Shown in pieces: positions 1 through 9,915 of a stretch of 64,000 nt of DNA. Position 1 is the stretch's first letter. Each line of letters opens with the position of its first letter. The position numbers and the translations under genes were made by a program. The notes beneath the pieces are model-generated. The model made no database searches and had not been told where the DNA came from. It was given only the letters and a program-made list of their open reading frames with translations. This stretch comes from an uncultured Clostridia bacterium. GTDB taxonomy: Bacteria > Bacillota > Clostridia > Oscillospirales > Oscillospiraceae. The DNA is taken from the NCBI GenBank assembly GCA_947307255.1, contig CAMZIO010000003.1, positions 7,428 to 71,427 on the forward strand, written 5' to 3'.

Positions 1-564
1 TTTGCCAGGTGCGGCGTCCGGCCCGTACCTACCGCGCCGCTTTATCGGGCGACGGCGGGTGCAATTCTCCGGCGTGCCCTGGCGCAGCGGGGGGCAAAGC
101 CGCCGGAGAGTACGGTGGCGCTTGCCGCCGCGCGCGTAACGGCGGAGCTGGCGCAAACGGCCTGGCAGATCGCGCCGCGCGTGCGCTATCTTGCGCTGGC
201 AGTAGACGGCGGGGGAGAGGCGCTTGCATACGAGCTGCGGCGGGAACTGGGCGTTGCCGCGCGCGTCTATCCGCGCGGCGCGGCACCGGATGCGACGATC
301 ACGCTCAGCTTCGACGGCGGAGCGGGTCTGCCGCGCCGCGGCGTCGTCCCGCTGGACAGCCCGGCACTTGGGGTAGAGTACGTCATGCCGGAGGAGATCC
401 GCGCGCCCGGCTGTGACGAAAACGGCCTGCTTGCGGCGCTGGTTCGCCTCGGCACGCTGCAGCCGGAGACGCTTACCGTCCGCCGCCTGTGGTGGGAAGA
501 GCAGGGTTCCGCTGCCGTGCGTGCGGGGGAAAGCGACGGGATTCCCCCCTTGACAAGCGAATAG
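1..564 (+). CDS. Hypothetical protein, 5' end outside the window
   Basis: Frame 1 is open from base 1 to TAG at 562-564 with host-like codon use; no recognisable motif. Confidence 0.6.
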   Translation, partial: FARCGVRPVPTAPLYRATAGAILRRALAQRGAKPPESTVALAAARVTAELAQTAWQIAPRVRYLALAVDGGGEALAYELRRELGVAARVYPRGAAPDATITLSFDGGAGLPRRGVVPLDSPALGVEYVMPEEIRAPGCDENGLLAALVRLGTLQPETLTVRRLWWEEQGSAAVRAGESDGIPPLTSE

Positions 565-578
565 GAAAAAAATATAAT
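550..578 (+). promoter_or_regulatory. Sigma70/SigA promoter of greA-lysS
   Basis: TTGACA (550-555), 17 bp spacer, TATAAT (573-578): perfect consensus. Confidence 0.9.
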
Positions 579-653
579 ATTTCCTACTATAATTGCGTTG
601 TTATGCGTTGCGGCAGGGAAAATCGCAGCGACGAGCAAGAAAGGATATGCACC

Positions 654-1130
654 ATGAAAAAAGAGTACAAGATGAGCCAGGCCCGTTACCAGGAGCTGCA
701 GGAAGAGCAGACTTACCTCAAGACCGTCCGCGAAAAGGAAGTTGCAGAGCTGATCAAGGAGGCGCGCGGTTTCGGTGATCTGTCGGAAAACAGCGAATAT
801 GACGAGGCGAAGAACGAACAGGGCAAGCTCTACTCTCGCATTGCGGAGATTGAGGAAATCCTGGATAACGCTGTGATCATCGACGAGAGCGAGATGCTCT
901 CCAGCACGGTGTCCATCGGCTGCCGCGTAACGGTGATGGAGCTGGGCAGCGGCAAGGTGCTGCCGGAGTATAAGGTTGTCGGCTCGCAGGAGGCCGATCC
1001 CATGCATCGCGCCATCAGCGAGGAATCCCCCTTCGGCAAGGCGCTGATGGGCACCAAGGAGGGCGATGAGATCAGCGTGGAAGCACCGGTCGGCGTCATC
1101 CGCTATCGCGTGGAGAAGATCGAACGTTAA
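654..1130 (+). CDS. greA: Transcription elongation factor GreA
   Basis: ARGFGDLSENSEYDEAK and ISEESPFGKALMG motifs; AAAGGA RBS before ATG 654. Confidence 0.97.
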   Translation: MKKEYKMSQARYQELQEEQTYLKTVREKEVAELIKEARGFGDLSENSEYDEAKNEQGKLYSRIAEIEEILDNAVIIDESEMLSSTVSIGCRVTVMELGSGKVLPEYKVVGSQEADPMHRAISEESPFGKALMGTKEGDEISVEAPVGVIRYRVEKIER

Positions 1131-1147
1131 CGAAAGAGGAGAGAACC

Positions 1148-2659
1148 ATGGCAGAGAAGAATCAATCCAACACCGCCGCGCCGGAGCAGGACCTGTCCGA
1201 AATTCTGCGCGTGCGTCGTGAAAAACTCAAAACGCTGCAGGAGGCCGGAAGAAATCCCTTTGAGATCACCACCTTCGACGTTTCGCACCACGCCCAGGAG
1301 ATCAAGGACGATTTTGACGCGCTGGAGGGCAGCGCGGTCTCGCTCGGAGGACGGTTGATGAGCAAGCGCGGGATGGGCAAGGTGTCGTTCTGCGACCTGC
1401 AGGACCGCTCCGGCCGTATCCAGATCTACGCCCGCCAGGACGAGATGGACGAGGAGGACTATCAGCGCTTCAAGAAGTACGATATCGGGGACATCGTCGG
1501 CGTGAAGGGCGAGGTGTTCCGTACCCAGCGCGGCGAGATGAGCGTCCGCGCCCGCGAGATCACGCTGCTGAGCAAGTCCCTCCAGCCGCTGCCGGAGAAG
1601 TTCCACGGCCTGCAGGACAAGGAGCTGCGCTACCGCCAGCGCTACGTGGATCTGATTATGAATCCCGAATCCAAGCGCAATTTTGAGATTCGCAGCAAGT
1701 TCGTGGCGTACCTGCGCAATTATCTCAACGAGCGCGGCTTTATGGAAGTGGAGACGCCCGTGCTCAGCCCGATTGCGGGCGGTGCGAACGCGCGCCCGTT
1801 TATCACGCATCACAACGCGCTGGATATTGATATGTATATGCGCATCGCCACCGAGCTGCACTTAAAGCGCCTGATCGTCGGCGGCATGGAGCGCGTGTAC
1901 GAAGTGGGCCGCATCTTCCGCAACGAGGGGATGGACACCAAGCACAATCCCGAATTTACCACCTGCGAGCTGTACCAGGCGTTCACCAATCTGGACGGCA
2001 TGATGGATATTTTAGAGGGGATCCTCTCCGGCGCGGCGAAGGAGATTCTCGGCACCTACCGGGTCAACTGGCTGGGCAATGAGATCGACCTGACCCCCGG
2101 CTGGCGCCGCGTTACGATGGCGGACGCCGTCCGGGAGGTTACCGGCGCGGACTTTATGGCCGTTGAGGGCGACGCGGAGGCCGCCGTGGCGCTGGCCAAG
2201 CGCGTCGGCGTGGATATGGACGGCGTGGAGCTCACCTGGGGCAACGCCCTGTATGAGACGTTTGACCAGAAGGTGGAGGAGAAGCTGATCCAGCCCACAT
2301 TCATCACCATGTACCCCGTGGAGGTTTCTCCGCTCGCCAAGCGCAGCCCTGCCGATCCGCATCTGACCGAGCGGTACGAGGCGTTCGTATGCGGCTGCGA
2401 AATGGGCAACGCCTTCTCCGAGCTCAACGACCCGATCGACCAGTACGAACGCTTTAAGAAGCAGGCGGAAAAGCGCGCCAACGGCGACGACGAGGCCGAT
2501 ATGATGGACGAGGATTTCGTCCTTGCGCTGGAGTACGGTATGCCGCCGACCGGCGGCTTGGGCTTCGGTATCGACCGCTGCACGATGATGCTCTGCGGCA
2601 CGGATTCCATCCGCGACGTGATCCTGTTCCCGACAATGAAGCCGGAGAGCAACGGATAA
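1148..2659 (+). CDS. lysS: Lysine--tRNA ligase (class II)
   Basis: RYRQRYVDL, FMEVETPVL, FRNEG...HNPEFT, YGMPPTGGLGFGIDR. Confidence 0.98.
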   Translation: MAEKNQSNTAAPEQDLSEILRVRREKLKTLQEAGRNPFEITTFDVSHHAQEIKDDFDALEGSAVSLGGRLMSKRGMGKVSFCDLQDRSGRIQIYARQDEMDEEDYQRFKKYDIGDIVGVKGEVFRTQRGEMSVRAREITLLSKSLQPLPEKFHGLQDKELRYRQRYVDLIMNPESKRNFEIRSKFVAYLRNYLNERGFMEVETPVLSPIAGGANARPFITHHNALDIDMYMRIATELHLKRLIVGGMERVYEVGRIFRNEGMDTKHNPEFTTCELYQAFTNLDGMMDILEGILSGAAKEILGTYRVNWLGNEIDLTPGWRRVTMADAVREVTGADFMAVEGDAEAAVALAKRVGVDMDGVELTWGNALYETFDQKVEEKLIQPTFITMYPVEVSPLAKRSPADPHLTERYEAFVCGCEMGNAFSELNDPIDQYERFKKQAEKRANGDDEADMMDEDFVLALEYGMPPTGGLGFGIDRCTMMLCGTDSIRDVILFPTMKPESNG

Positions 2660-2684
2660 CACACGATAAAAGGGAGCGAGTGAA

Positions 2685-3050
2685 ATGAGACAGAAAGAAA
2701 AACTGCTGTTGATCGGTTCGGTTTTGCTCGTTATCAGCACATTTATTTTCTTTAAAAGCACGCGGATCTATTCCTGGGGCTTTTACCGGATCTGGAGCAG
2801 CGTTTCGACGGGGGGCATCCTCATTGCGCTGACGATCCTCGATCTTGTGCTGCTGATTGCGACGCAGCACAAGATTACGAAGATTCTTCTGCCCGTTCTG
2901 ATTGGACTGATCGTGCTGTCCATCGTGCTCGGCACGCAGTTGAGATTCCACGGCTCGCTGCTCGATCTGTTCCTGATGCTGGTTCCCGCCGCCGTCGGCG
3001 CGGGGCTGATGCTGCGCTCGCTGCTGATGAAGCAGGAGGGCGAACAATGA
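2685..3050 (+). CDS. Small membrane protein with about 4 TM helices, unknown function
   Basis: Four hydrophobic segments; GGGAG RBS; operonic position after lysS. Confidence 0.8.
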   Translation: MRQKEKLLLIGSVLLVISTFIFFKSTRIYSWGFYRIWSSVSTGGILIALTILDLVLLIATQHKITKILLPVLIGLIVLSIVLGTQLRFHGSLLDLFLMLVPAAVGAGLMLRSLLMKQEGEQ

Positions 3051-3109
3051 CCGGCAGCGCGTTTGGCACGGGAGAACGGACGTATCTGATTGATAAGTGA
3101 GGTTAAGCT

Positions 3110-4144
3110 ATGGAGCATCTCAACGAAGCGTATTTTCTGGAGCAGTTTCGCGCGCTGCTGGCCATTGACAGCACCACGGGGCAGTTCCGCGAGATTCAGA
3201 ACTATGTGATCGAACAGAGCGAGGCGATGGGCTTTTCAACCTACGCCACACACAAGGGCGGCGTATTGGTCGATCTCGGCGGCGAGGGGAACGACATCGC
3301 CGTTACCGCGCATCTGGACGATATCGGGCTGATGGTGCGGCGGATCAACGCCGACGGTACGCTCAACGTCTGCCCGGTGGGCGGGCTGTACCCGTTTTAC
3401 TGCGTGATGGAGAACGTGCGTGTCCACACCCGCGGCGGGAAGGTCTGCACCGGAACGGTTTGCCGCACGCCCAATTCCGTCCACGTTACCGAGGAGGAGC
3501 TGCGCAGCGAGGCGGGCGACTTCCGCAAGAACGTGTGCGTCGTGCTGGACGAGGATACCAAAAGCGCCCAGCAGACCCGCGCGCTGGGCGTTGAGGTCGG
3601 CGATTATATCGGACTGGAGCCGCGTATGACCGTTTCCAACGGCTACGTGAAGTCGCATTTCGTGGACGATAAGGCCTGCGCGGCGGTGCTGCTGGCCGTG
3701 ATGCGGCGCGTACACGAGAATCAACTGACGCCGAATCGGCACACCTATTTCTATTTTGCCGCCTATGAGGAGCTTGGCCACGGTACGACCTGGCTGCCGG
3801 CGGGCGTCAAGGACATCCTGGCGGTGGACATCGCACCCACCGGGCCGGATCAGACCTCGGATGAGCGCAAGGTGTCTCTCTTTGCCAAGGATTCCCGTTT
3901 CCCCTATCAGCTGGAGCTGCTGCGCGAGCTGCAGGATGCGGCGGACCGCAGCGCGGTGGACTACGTAACCGACGTGTTCACGCCGCACTACGGCTCAGAC
4001 GGCGACGGAACGGTGCTTGCCGGATACGACGTGCGCCATGGCGCGATCGGGCCGGGCACCGCCAACAGCCACGGCTATGAGCGCACGCATATGGAGGGGC
4101 TGGACAACACCTATCGCCTGCTTTTGGGCTATCTGGGGCTGTAA
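3110..4144 (+). CDS. M42 family metallopeptidase
   Basis: TAHLDDIG, DDK, YEELGHG, VDI and SHGYERTH metal-ligand motifs. Confidence 0.92.
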   Translation: MEHLNEAYFLEQFRALLAIDSTTGQFREIQNYVIEQSEAMGFSTYATHKGGVLVDLGGEGNDIAVTAHLDDIGLMVRRINADGTLNVCPVGGLYPFYCVMENVRVHTRGGKVCTGTVCRTPNSVHVTEEELRSEAGDFRKNVCVVLDEDTKSAQQTRALGVEVGDYIGLEPRMTVSNGYVKSHFVDDKACAAVLLAVMRRVHENQLTPNRHTYFYFAAYEELGHGTTWLPAGVKDILAVDIAPTGPDQTSDERKVSLFAKDSRFPYQLELLRELQDAADRSAVDYVTDVFTPHYGSDGDGTVLAGYDVRHGAIGPGTANSHGYERTHMEGLDNTYRLLLGYLGL

Positions 4145-4160
4145 AAACACAATACACACG

Positions 4161-4197
4161 AAGGGAGGCATTCCTTGCGGATGCCTCCCTCTTTTTG
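4161..4197 (+). terminator. Rho-independent terminator
   Basis: AGGGAGGCAT/ATGCCTCCCT stem followed by a T-run. Confidence 0.8.
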
Positions 4198-4285
4198 TTC
4201 GATTTTGCCGCAATGCCGGATCAAACGATCCCGGCATACGGCCCGCAAGGCTGGGCGGACGGCGGATGCGCGGCGCGCAGGGCGA

Positions 4286-5143
4286 TTATAGCCCGTTGGG
4301 CCGGTACTCGCCAAAGCCCTCGCCCAGCACCTCGCTGGTATCGGATACGATAAAAAATGCGTCGGGATCCAGCTCCTTTACAATCCGCTTGACCATGACG
4401 ATCTCTCTGCGGCGCACCGCACACAGCAGGATCGGCCGCTCGGTTTTCGTAAAGGCGCCTATGGCGCACAGCTTCGTTATGCCGATGCCCTTGTCCAGCA
4501 AGGCATCCGTGATAACGTCCTCCCGCGCCGAGATGATGTGCGCAAGCTTGCCGCTGTTGCCGCCGTATACGAAAAAATCAATCACCTTCGACGTTACGAA
4601 CAGCGCGATGCCGCCGTAGAGCGCGTTATCGAGCTTGCGGAACACGGCTGCGTAGCCGACGATGACCGTGAGATCCAGTCCCAGCATCACGCTGCCCAGC
4701 GAAAGCTGCGGCAAGTGCCGCTTGAGGATCCACGAAAGCAGTTCCGTACCGCCGGTGTTCGCCTCCTCGCGATTGACAAGCCCGCAGCCAACGCCAAGCA
4801 GCACGCCGCCGTAGAGGCAGGCCAACAGCTCGTTCATCGTGCGGAACGTGTAAAGCGAGGCAAGGATATCCACCAGAGCGGAGCTGAGCGCCATCGCATA
4901 CAGCGACTTCATCAGAAATCCGGCGCCGTAGCGCTTGAAGCCGAGCAAATACAGTGGTACGTTCATCACGATCAGCATCGTGCCGATCGGAAGCACGGGA
5001 ATATAGTGGTGCAGGATCTGTGCGATACCCGTCAGCCCGCCGCAGGTCAGGTTGTTCGGCGCGTAAAACCAGTCGAATGCCAGCGCATAGACCACGCAGC
5101 CAAGTGAGATGATCAGGTATTCCTTGAGCTTTCTGTTTTTCAT
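4286..5143 (-). CDS. YitT family membrane protein (DUF161 + DUF2179)
   Basis: GGLTGIAQ, NVPL, NTGGTELL and C-terminal VKELDPDAFFIVSDTSEVLGEGF. Confidence 0.93.
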   Translation of the reverse strand: MKNRKLKEYLIISLGCVVYALAFDWFYAPNNLTCGGLTGIAQILHHYIPVLPIGTMLIVMNVPLYLLGFKRYGAGFLMKSLYAMALSSALVDILASLYTFRTMNELLACLYGGVLLGVGCGLVNREEANTGGTELLSWILKRHLPQLSLGSVMLGLDLTVIVGYAAVFRKLDNALYGGIALFVTSKVIDFFVYGGNSGKLAHIISAREDVITDALLDKGIGITKLCAIGAFTKTERPILLCAVRRREIVMVKRIVKELDPDAFFIVSDTSEVLGEGFGEYRPNGL

Positions 5144-5159
5144 TACGTTCCTCCCTGTA

Positions 5160-5190
5160 AAGAAATCCCGTCTGCCTACCGGCAGACGGG
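5160..5190 (-). terminator. Attenuator/terminator hairpin in the yitT leader
   Basis: CCCGTCTGCC-N4-GGCAGACGGG followed by ATTTCTTT on the minus strand, just ahead of the RBS. Confidence 0.65.
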
Positions 5191-5261
5191 CAACACAAAA
5201 GCGGCCAAGCTGGTCATCCAGCTCAGCCTGTGGAGGCGCATTCCGGTTTCGGCAGAAACGC

Positions 5262-5376
5262 GGCAGCTTTCAGGTATTCTGACTGATCCGCGTCAAACGC
5301 GCGGCTTCACAGTGACCGACTCGCGGGGCCTTTCACCCACATTCCCCCTGCCGCCCGAAGCGGCGAAAGACTGCCA
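5262..5376 (-). ncRNA. Cobalamin riboswitch (short, class II-like or variant)
   Basis: Minus strand: P1 GGCAGTCTTTC/GAAAGCTGCC, GGGAA, GGTGAAA T-loop, ACTGTGAA and B12-box AGTCAGAATACCTG. Confidence 0.75.
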
Positions 5377-5394
5377 AGTATTCGATTGCTATTT

Positions 5395-5424
5395 ATCATA
5401 ACGGAATACGGGGGGCTTTGTCAA
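5395..5424 (-). promoter_or_regulatory. SigA promoter for the riboswitch-yitT leader
   Basis: TTGACA-18 bp-TATGAT on the minus strand. Confidence 0.6.
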
Positions 5425-5561
5425 TTGCTAAATAAGCGTGTCCGGCTGCCGGAACGCCTAAAATTTTCCGCCACGTCTTGCATTTGATTTTTTCCTGTGC
5501 TATTGTTACACTGTCTTGTAATTTGCATATCCTATTTTTAATGTATAAAGGGGGCGCAAGC

Positions 5562-6323
5562 ATGGGCGTGGAACAGATCACCGGCCGTCATAACGCCTTG
5601 ATGACGCATATCCGCAAGCTGGCGGCCTCCCGCGCCTATCGGATCGAGCACGGCGAGTATCTTTGCGACGGGGTCAAGCTGCTGGACGAGGCGGTTCAAT
5701 GGCACGCGCCGATCCGCACGGCGATCTTCACCGACGGCGTGGAGATTCCCGCTCTGCCGGCAGGGGTGCGCACGGTGCGCGTGGATCGGGAGCTGATGCG
5801 CTCCATCAGCCCGATGGAGACGCCGCAGGGGGCGCTCTTCACCGTCGCGCTGCCGGCGGCTGTGCTGCCGCGGCGGCTGGACGGGCAGCGTTACCTGCTG
5901 CTCGACGGGGTACAGGACCCCGGCAACGTGGGAACGATATTGCGCACGGCGGACGCCTTCGACTGCGACGGCGTGCTGCTGGTGAACGCCTGCGCGGACG
6001 CATTCCACCCCAAAACCGTGCGCGCCACGATGGGCGCGATCTTTCGCACGCAAGTGTATACCTGCTGGGTGGAGGAGGCCGTCGCCCTCCTTCGGACGAG
6101 CGGCCTGCCGCTTTATGGCACGGCGCTGCGCAGCGACACGGCCACGCTGGGCGAGATTGATATTTCCCGTGCGGCGGTCGCCGTCGGCAGCGAGGGAAAG
6201 GGGCTGAGCACACAGGTGCTGGCGTGCTGCGAAAAAACTGTCAAAATTCCCATGAGCGCGCGATGCGAGTCGCTCAACGCGGCGATTGCCGCGTCGGTCG
6301 TGCTCTGGGAGATGTATCGTTAA
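5562..6323 (+). CDS. TrmH/SpoU family RNA methyltransferase
   Basis: LDGVQDPGNVGTILRTADAF, GSEGKG, ESLNAAIA. Confidence 0.95.
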   Translation: MGVEQITGRHNALMTHIRKLAASRAYRIEHGEYLCDGVKLLDEAVQWHAPIRTAIFTDGVEIPALPAGVRTVRVDRELMRSISPMETPQGALFTVALPAAVLPRRLDGQRYLLLDGVQDPGNVGTILRTADAFDCDGVLLVNACADAFHPKTVRATMGAIFRTQVYTCWVEEAVALLRTSGLPLYGTALRSDTATLGEIDISRAAVAVGSEGKGLSTQVLACCEKTVKIPMSARCESLNAAIAASVVLWEMYR

Positions 6324-6353
6324 GGCGCGTAAACGGGCAGGAGGTGAAGCCGG

Positions 6354-7556
6354 GTGGCGAGCGTGAAATACTGGGTCTGGCTGAGTGAGTGCCACAGCAT
6401 ACCCAACCGAACCAAGCTGGCGCTGCTGGAGCATTTCGGCACGCCGGAGAATATCTATTATGCCGACGAGGGCGAATATCTCCTGGTGGAGGGGATGGAC
6501 ACCCAAGCGGCAAAGGCGCTGACCGACAAGAACACCGAGCGGGTGGAGCGGATCCTCGGCGAGAGCGAAAGACTGGGGCTGCGCCTGCTGACGCTGCAGG
6601 ACGCGGACTATCCGGTGCGCCTGCGCAATATTTACGAGCCGCCGTGCCTGCTCTACGTTAAGGGACGGCTGCCCGTGATCGACGAGGAGGCGGCGGTGGC
6701 CATGGTGGGTACGCGCGCCGCTACGCCGTATGGCGTGAGCGCGGCGGAAAAGATTGCCTACGGTCTTGCCAAACAGGGGGCGCTGGTGATTTCCGGCGGC
6801 GCCAGGGGGATCGACACGGCGTCCCACCGCGGCGCCCTGCGCGCCGGGGGGCGCACGGTGGCGGTGTTCGGCTGCGGCCTGGACGTGAACTATCCGGAGG
6901 AGAACGAGTGGCTGTTTCGGGATATTGCCGCCTCCGGCGCACTGCTTTCGGAGTATCCGCCCGGCACGCCGGCCGACGGCTGGCATTTTCCGGTGCGCAA
7001 CCGTATCATCAGCGGCCTGAGCCTTGCCACGCTCGTGGTGGAGGCGCCGGAGAAAAGCGGCGCGCTGATCACGGCGCGCACGGCGCTGGATCAGGGGCGG
7101 GACGTGTTTGCCATTCCCGGTCCCATCGACGCGCCCAACAGCCGCGGCTGCAACCGCCTGATTGCGGAGGGCGCGGGCCTGGTCGCAGACAGTTGGGACA
7201 TCCTGCGCGAGTATGAATCGCAGTATCCGCATAAGCTGATGGGACAGCGCGTAGAGCTGCCGCGCGTACTGGGCGAGGCGGCGGAGCGTACGGTGAAGCC
7301 CGCTGAGACCGTGGACGAACCGCCAAAGCTGCCGGTTCTGGATCTGCGGGAGGGGAAAACCGATCTGACGGACGATCAGATCCGGCTCCTGAAGCTGTTA
7401 AGAGACGGGCCGCAGCAGGTGGACGACCTGATCGAAGCGGCGGAGATCCCCACGCGCCGCGTGCTCTCTGCGCTGACGGTGCTGGAGATCGACGGACACG
7501 TTAGGCAAAGCAGCGGCAAGCATTTTTCACTCAACGCGGAATTATTGGAGGAATAA
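6354..7556 (+). CDS. dprA: DNA-processing protein DprA
   Basis: VAMVGTR, SGGARGID, FPVRNRIISGLS, SGALITA; upstream of topA. Confidence 0.97.
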   Translation: MASVKYWVWLSECHSIPNRTKLALLEHFGTPENIYYADEGEYLLVEGMDTQAAKALTDKNTERVERILGESERLGLRLLTLQDADYPVRLRNIYEPPCLLYVKGRLPVIDEEAAVAMVGTRAATPYGVSAAEKIAYGLAKQGALVISGGARGIDTASHRGALRAGGRTVAVFGCGLDVNYPEENEWLFRDIAASGALLSEYPPGTPADGWHFPVRNRIISGLSLATLVVEAPEKSGALITARTALDQGRDVFAIPGPIDAPNSRGCNRLIAEGAGLVADSWDILREYESQYPHKLMGQRVELPRVLGEAAERTVKPAETVDEPPKLPVLDLREGKTDLTDDQIRLLKLLRDGPQQVDDLIEAAEIPTRRVLSALTVLEIDGHVRQSSGKHFSLNAELLEE

Positions 7557-7561
7557 CGGAT

Positions 7562-9913
7562 ATGGCAAAAAAGCATCTGGTCATTGTGGAATCCCCGGCA
7601 AAAGCAAAGACCATCGGTAAATATCTTGGCAGGGATTACGTCGTTGCCGCCAGTATGGGCCATCTGCGCGACCTGCCCAAGAGCAAGATCGGCGTGGATA
7701 TCGAGCATGACTTCGAGCCGGATTACAAGCCCATCAAGGGCAAGGAAGCGCTGATCAACGACCTGAAAAAGTCTGCCAAGGACAGCGACGTCGTCTATCT
7801 TGCAACGGACCCGGACCGCGAGGGCGAGGCGATCTCCTGGCACCTCAAGGCACTGCTGGGGCTGAGCGATGAAAAGGCCAAGCGCGTTACCTTCAACGAG
7901 ATCACCAAAAAGGTGGTCAGCGAGAGCATCCGCGCGCCCCGCGCCATCGACCAGAATCTGGTGGACGCGCAGCAGGCGCGCCGCGTGCTGGACCGCATCG
8001 TGGGCTACGAGCTTTCCCCGCTGCTGTGGAAAAAGGTGCGCCGGGGGCTTTCCGCCGGCCGCGTGCAGTCGGCAGCGATGCGTATGGTGGTCGACCGCGA
8101 ACGCGAGATCCGGGCTTTTGAGCCGGAGGAATACTGGACGCTGGACGCAGAGCTGCTGAATCAGGGCGGAAGCAAGCCCTTCCTTGCCCATTATTACGGC
8201 CAGGACGGCAAGAAGATCGAGCCGACCTCCCGCGAGGCAGTGGATGCGATTATCGCCGGGACGAAGGACGCGGTATTCACCGTGCGCAGCGTCAAGCGCT
8301 CGGATAAGCAGCGTTCTCCCGCGCCGCCGTTTACCACCTCCACGCTGCAGCAGGACGCTTCGCGCAAGCTGAACATGACGCCCCGGCGCACGATGGCGAT
8401 CGCCCAGCAGCTCTACGAGGGCGTGGACGTTACCGGCGAGGGCACCGTCGGTCTGATCACCTATATGCGTACCGACTCGCTGCGCCTGTCCGAGGAGGCG
8501 CTTGCCGACGCAAAGCGCTTTATCCTTGCGCGTTACGGCCAGGAGTATTATCCCGCGGCTACGCGCCGCTTCAAGACGAAGGAGGGCGCGCAGGATGCGC
8601 ACGAGGCCATCCGCCCGTCCAACGTGAATCTGACGCCCGAACAGATCAAGGGCGATCTCACCGGCGAGCAATACCGCCTCTACCGCCTGATCTGGAGCCG
8701 ATTTTTGGCCTGCCAGATGGCGAACGCCGTGTACGACAGCGTCAGCGTGGAGATCGAGGCGAACGGCCATGACTTCCACACCAGTGCCAGCAGTCTGAAA
8801 TTCTCCGGCTACACGGCGGTGTATGAGGAAGCGCACGACGAGGAGAAAGAGGAAAAGAGCCTCCGCCTGCCGGAGCTGCACGAGGGCGAAACCCTGCGTC
8901 TGCAGGGCTTTGCGCAGGAGCAGCATTTCACCCAGCCGCCGCTGCGCTATACCGACGCGACGCTGATCCGTGCGATGGAGCAAAACGGCATCGGCCGCCC
9001 GTCTACCTACGCCCCAACGGTTTCCACGATCCTTGAGCGCGAGTATGCGCTCAAGGAGGGCAAGTATCTGCGCCCCACGCCGCTGGGCGAGGTCGTTACC
9101 GGGCTGATGGAGGACAAATTCTCTGATATCGTGGATACCCGATTCACCGCGCGTATGGAAAAGATGCTCGACACCGTGGAGGAGGGAAAGACCCCCTGGA
9201 AGAACGTGCTGCGAGAATTCTACGGCGGCTTTTCGGAAACGCTCCGGCGCGCGGAGCAGGAGCTGGAAGGCGTGCATCTCAAGGTGCCGGACGAGGTAAC
9301 GGAGGAAAAATGCGACGTGTGCGGACGCAATATGGTCATCAAGAGCGGACGCTTCGGCCGTTTCCTGGCCTGTCCGGGCTATCCGGAGTGCACGTTTACC
9401 AAGCCGCTGGTCATTGAGATGCCGGGCCGCTGCCCCAAGTGCGGCGGACGGTTGCTCAAGCGCACCGGACTGAGTAAAAAAACCGGCAAGCAGTTCACCT
9501 ACTATGCCTGCGACCACGTCAATTCCCCGGAGGGAGCGGGCAAGTGCGACTTTATGAGTTGGGACGTGCCGGTCAAGGACGACTGCCAGAGCTGCGGACA
9601 GACCATGTTCAAAAAGCCGGGCAAGGGCTTCAAGCGGCCGTACTGCATCAATCCGGCGTGCGAGCGTTTCGTGCCGGAGGAAAAGCGCGGCTACGTGCGC
9701 AAGAAAACGGCAGAGACGGCGGACGCAGACAGCGCGGCAGAGGAGAAAAAGCCCGCCGCGAAAAAGCGCGGCGCCCAAAAGACGGCGAGTGCCAAAAAGA
9801 CTGCGGCAAAAAAGGAAACGAAAGCCTCCGCCGGGCGCGGTGCCGCGCGTAAAAGCGCGACTGCCGGGACGGCTGCGCTCGCGCGGGCAAAAGACGATAG
9901 AGACGAGGATTAA
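7562..9913 (+). CDS. topA: DNA topoisomerase I with zinc ribbons and a Lys/Ala-rich tail
   Basis: LVIVESPAKAKTI, ATDPDREGE, SAGRVQS, ITYMRTDS, GIGRPSTY. Confidence 0.98.
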   Translation: MAKKHLVIVESPAKAKTIGKYLGRDYVVAASMGHLRDLPKSKIGVDIEHDFEPDYKPIKGKEALINDLKKSAKDSDVVYLATDPDREGEAISWHLKALLGLSDEKAKRVTFNEITKKVVSESIRAPRAIDQNLVDAQQARRVLDRIVGYELSPLLWKKVRRGLSAGRVQSAAMRMVVDREREIRAFEPEEYWTLDAELLNQGGSKPFLAHYYGQDGKKIEPTSREAVDAIIAGTKDAVFTVRSVKRSDKQRSPAPPFTTSTLQQDASRKLNMTPRRTMAIAQQLYEGVDVTGEGTVGLITYMRTDSLRLSEEALADAKRFILARYGQEYYPAATRRFKTKEGAQDAHEAIRPSNVNLTPEQIKGDLTGEQYRLYRLIWSRFLACQMANAVYDSVSVEIEANGHDFHTSASSLKFSGYTAVYEEAHDEEKEEKSLRLPELHEGETLRLQGFAQEQHFTQPPLRYTDATLIRAMEQNGIGRPSTYAPTVSTILEREYALKEGKYLRPTPLGEVVTGLMEDKFSDIVDTRFTARMEKMLDTVEEGKTPWKNVLREFYGGFSETLRRAEQELEGVHLKVPDEVTEEKCDVCGRNMVIKSGRFGRFLACPGYPECTFTKPLVIEMPGRCPKCGGRLLKRTGLSKKTGKQFTYYACDHVNSPEGAGKCDFMSWDVPVKDDCQSCGQTMFKKPGKGFKRPYCINPACERFVPEEKRGYVRKKTAETADADSAAEEKKPAAKKRGAQKTASAKKTAAKKETKASAGRGAARKSATAGTAALARAKDDRDED

Positions 9914-9915
9914 CC

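Noticed and set aside
579-1147. T-box or lysine riboswitch for lysS
   Set aside because: The leader is only about 75 nt, the greA-lysS gap is 17 nt, and no T-box motif is present
5504-5522. WalR box upstream of the trmH-family gene (TGTTAC...TGTAAT)
   Set aside because: The spacer is 7 bp rather than 5
7376-9778. 800 aa minus-strand ORF, and similar long ORFs at 25156-27534, 32610-34454, 41073-42938 and 50980-52929
   Set aside because: All are antisense shadows of well-supported genes
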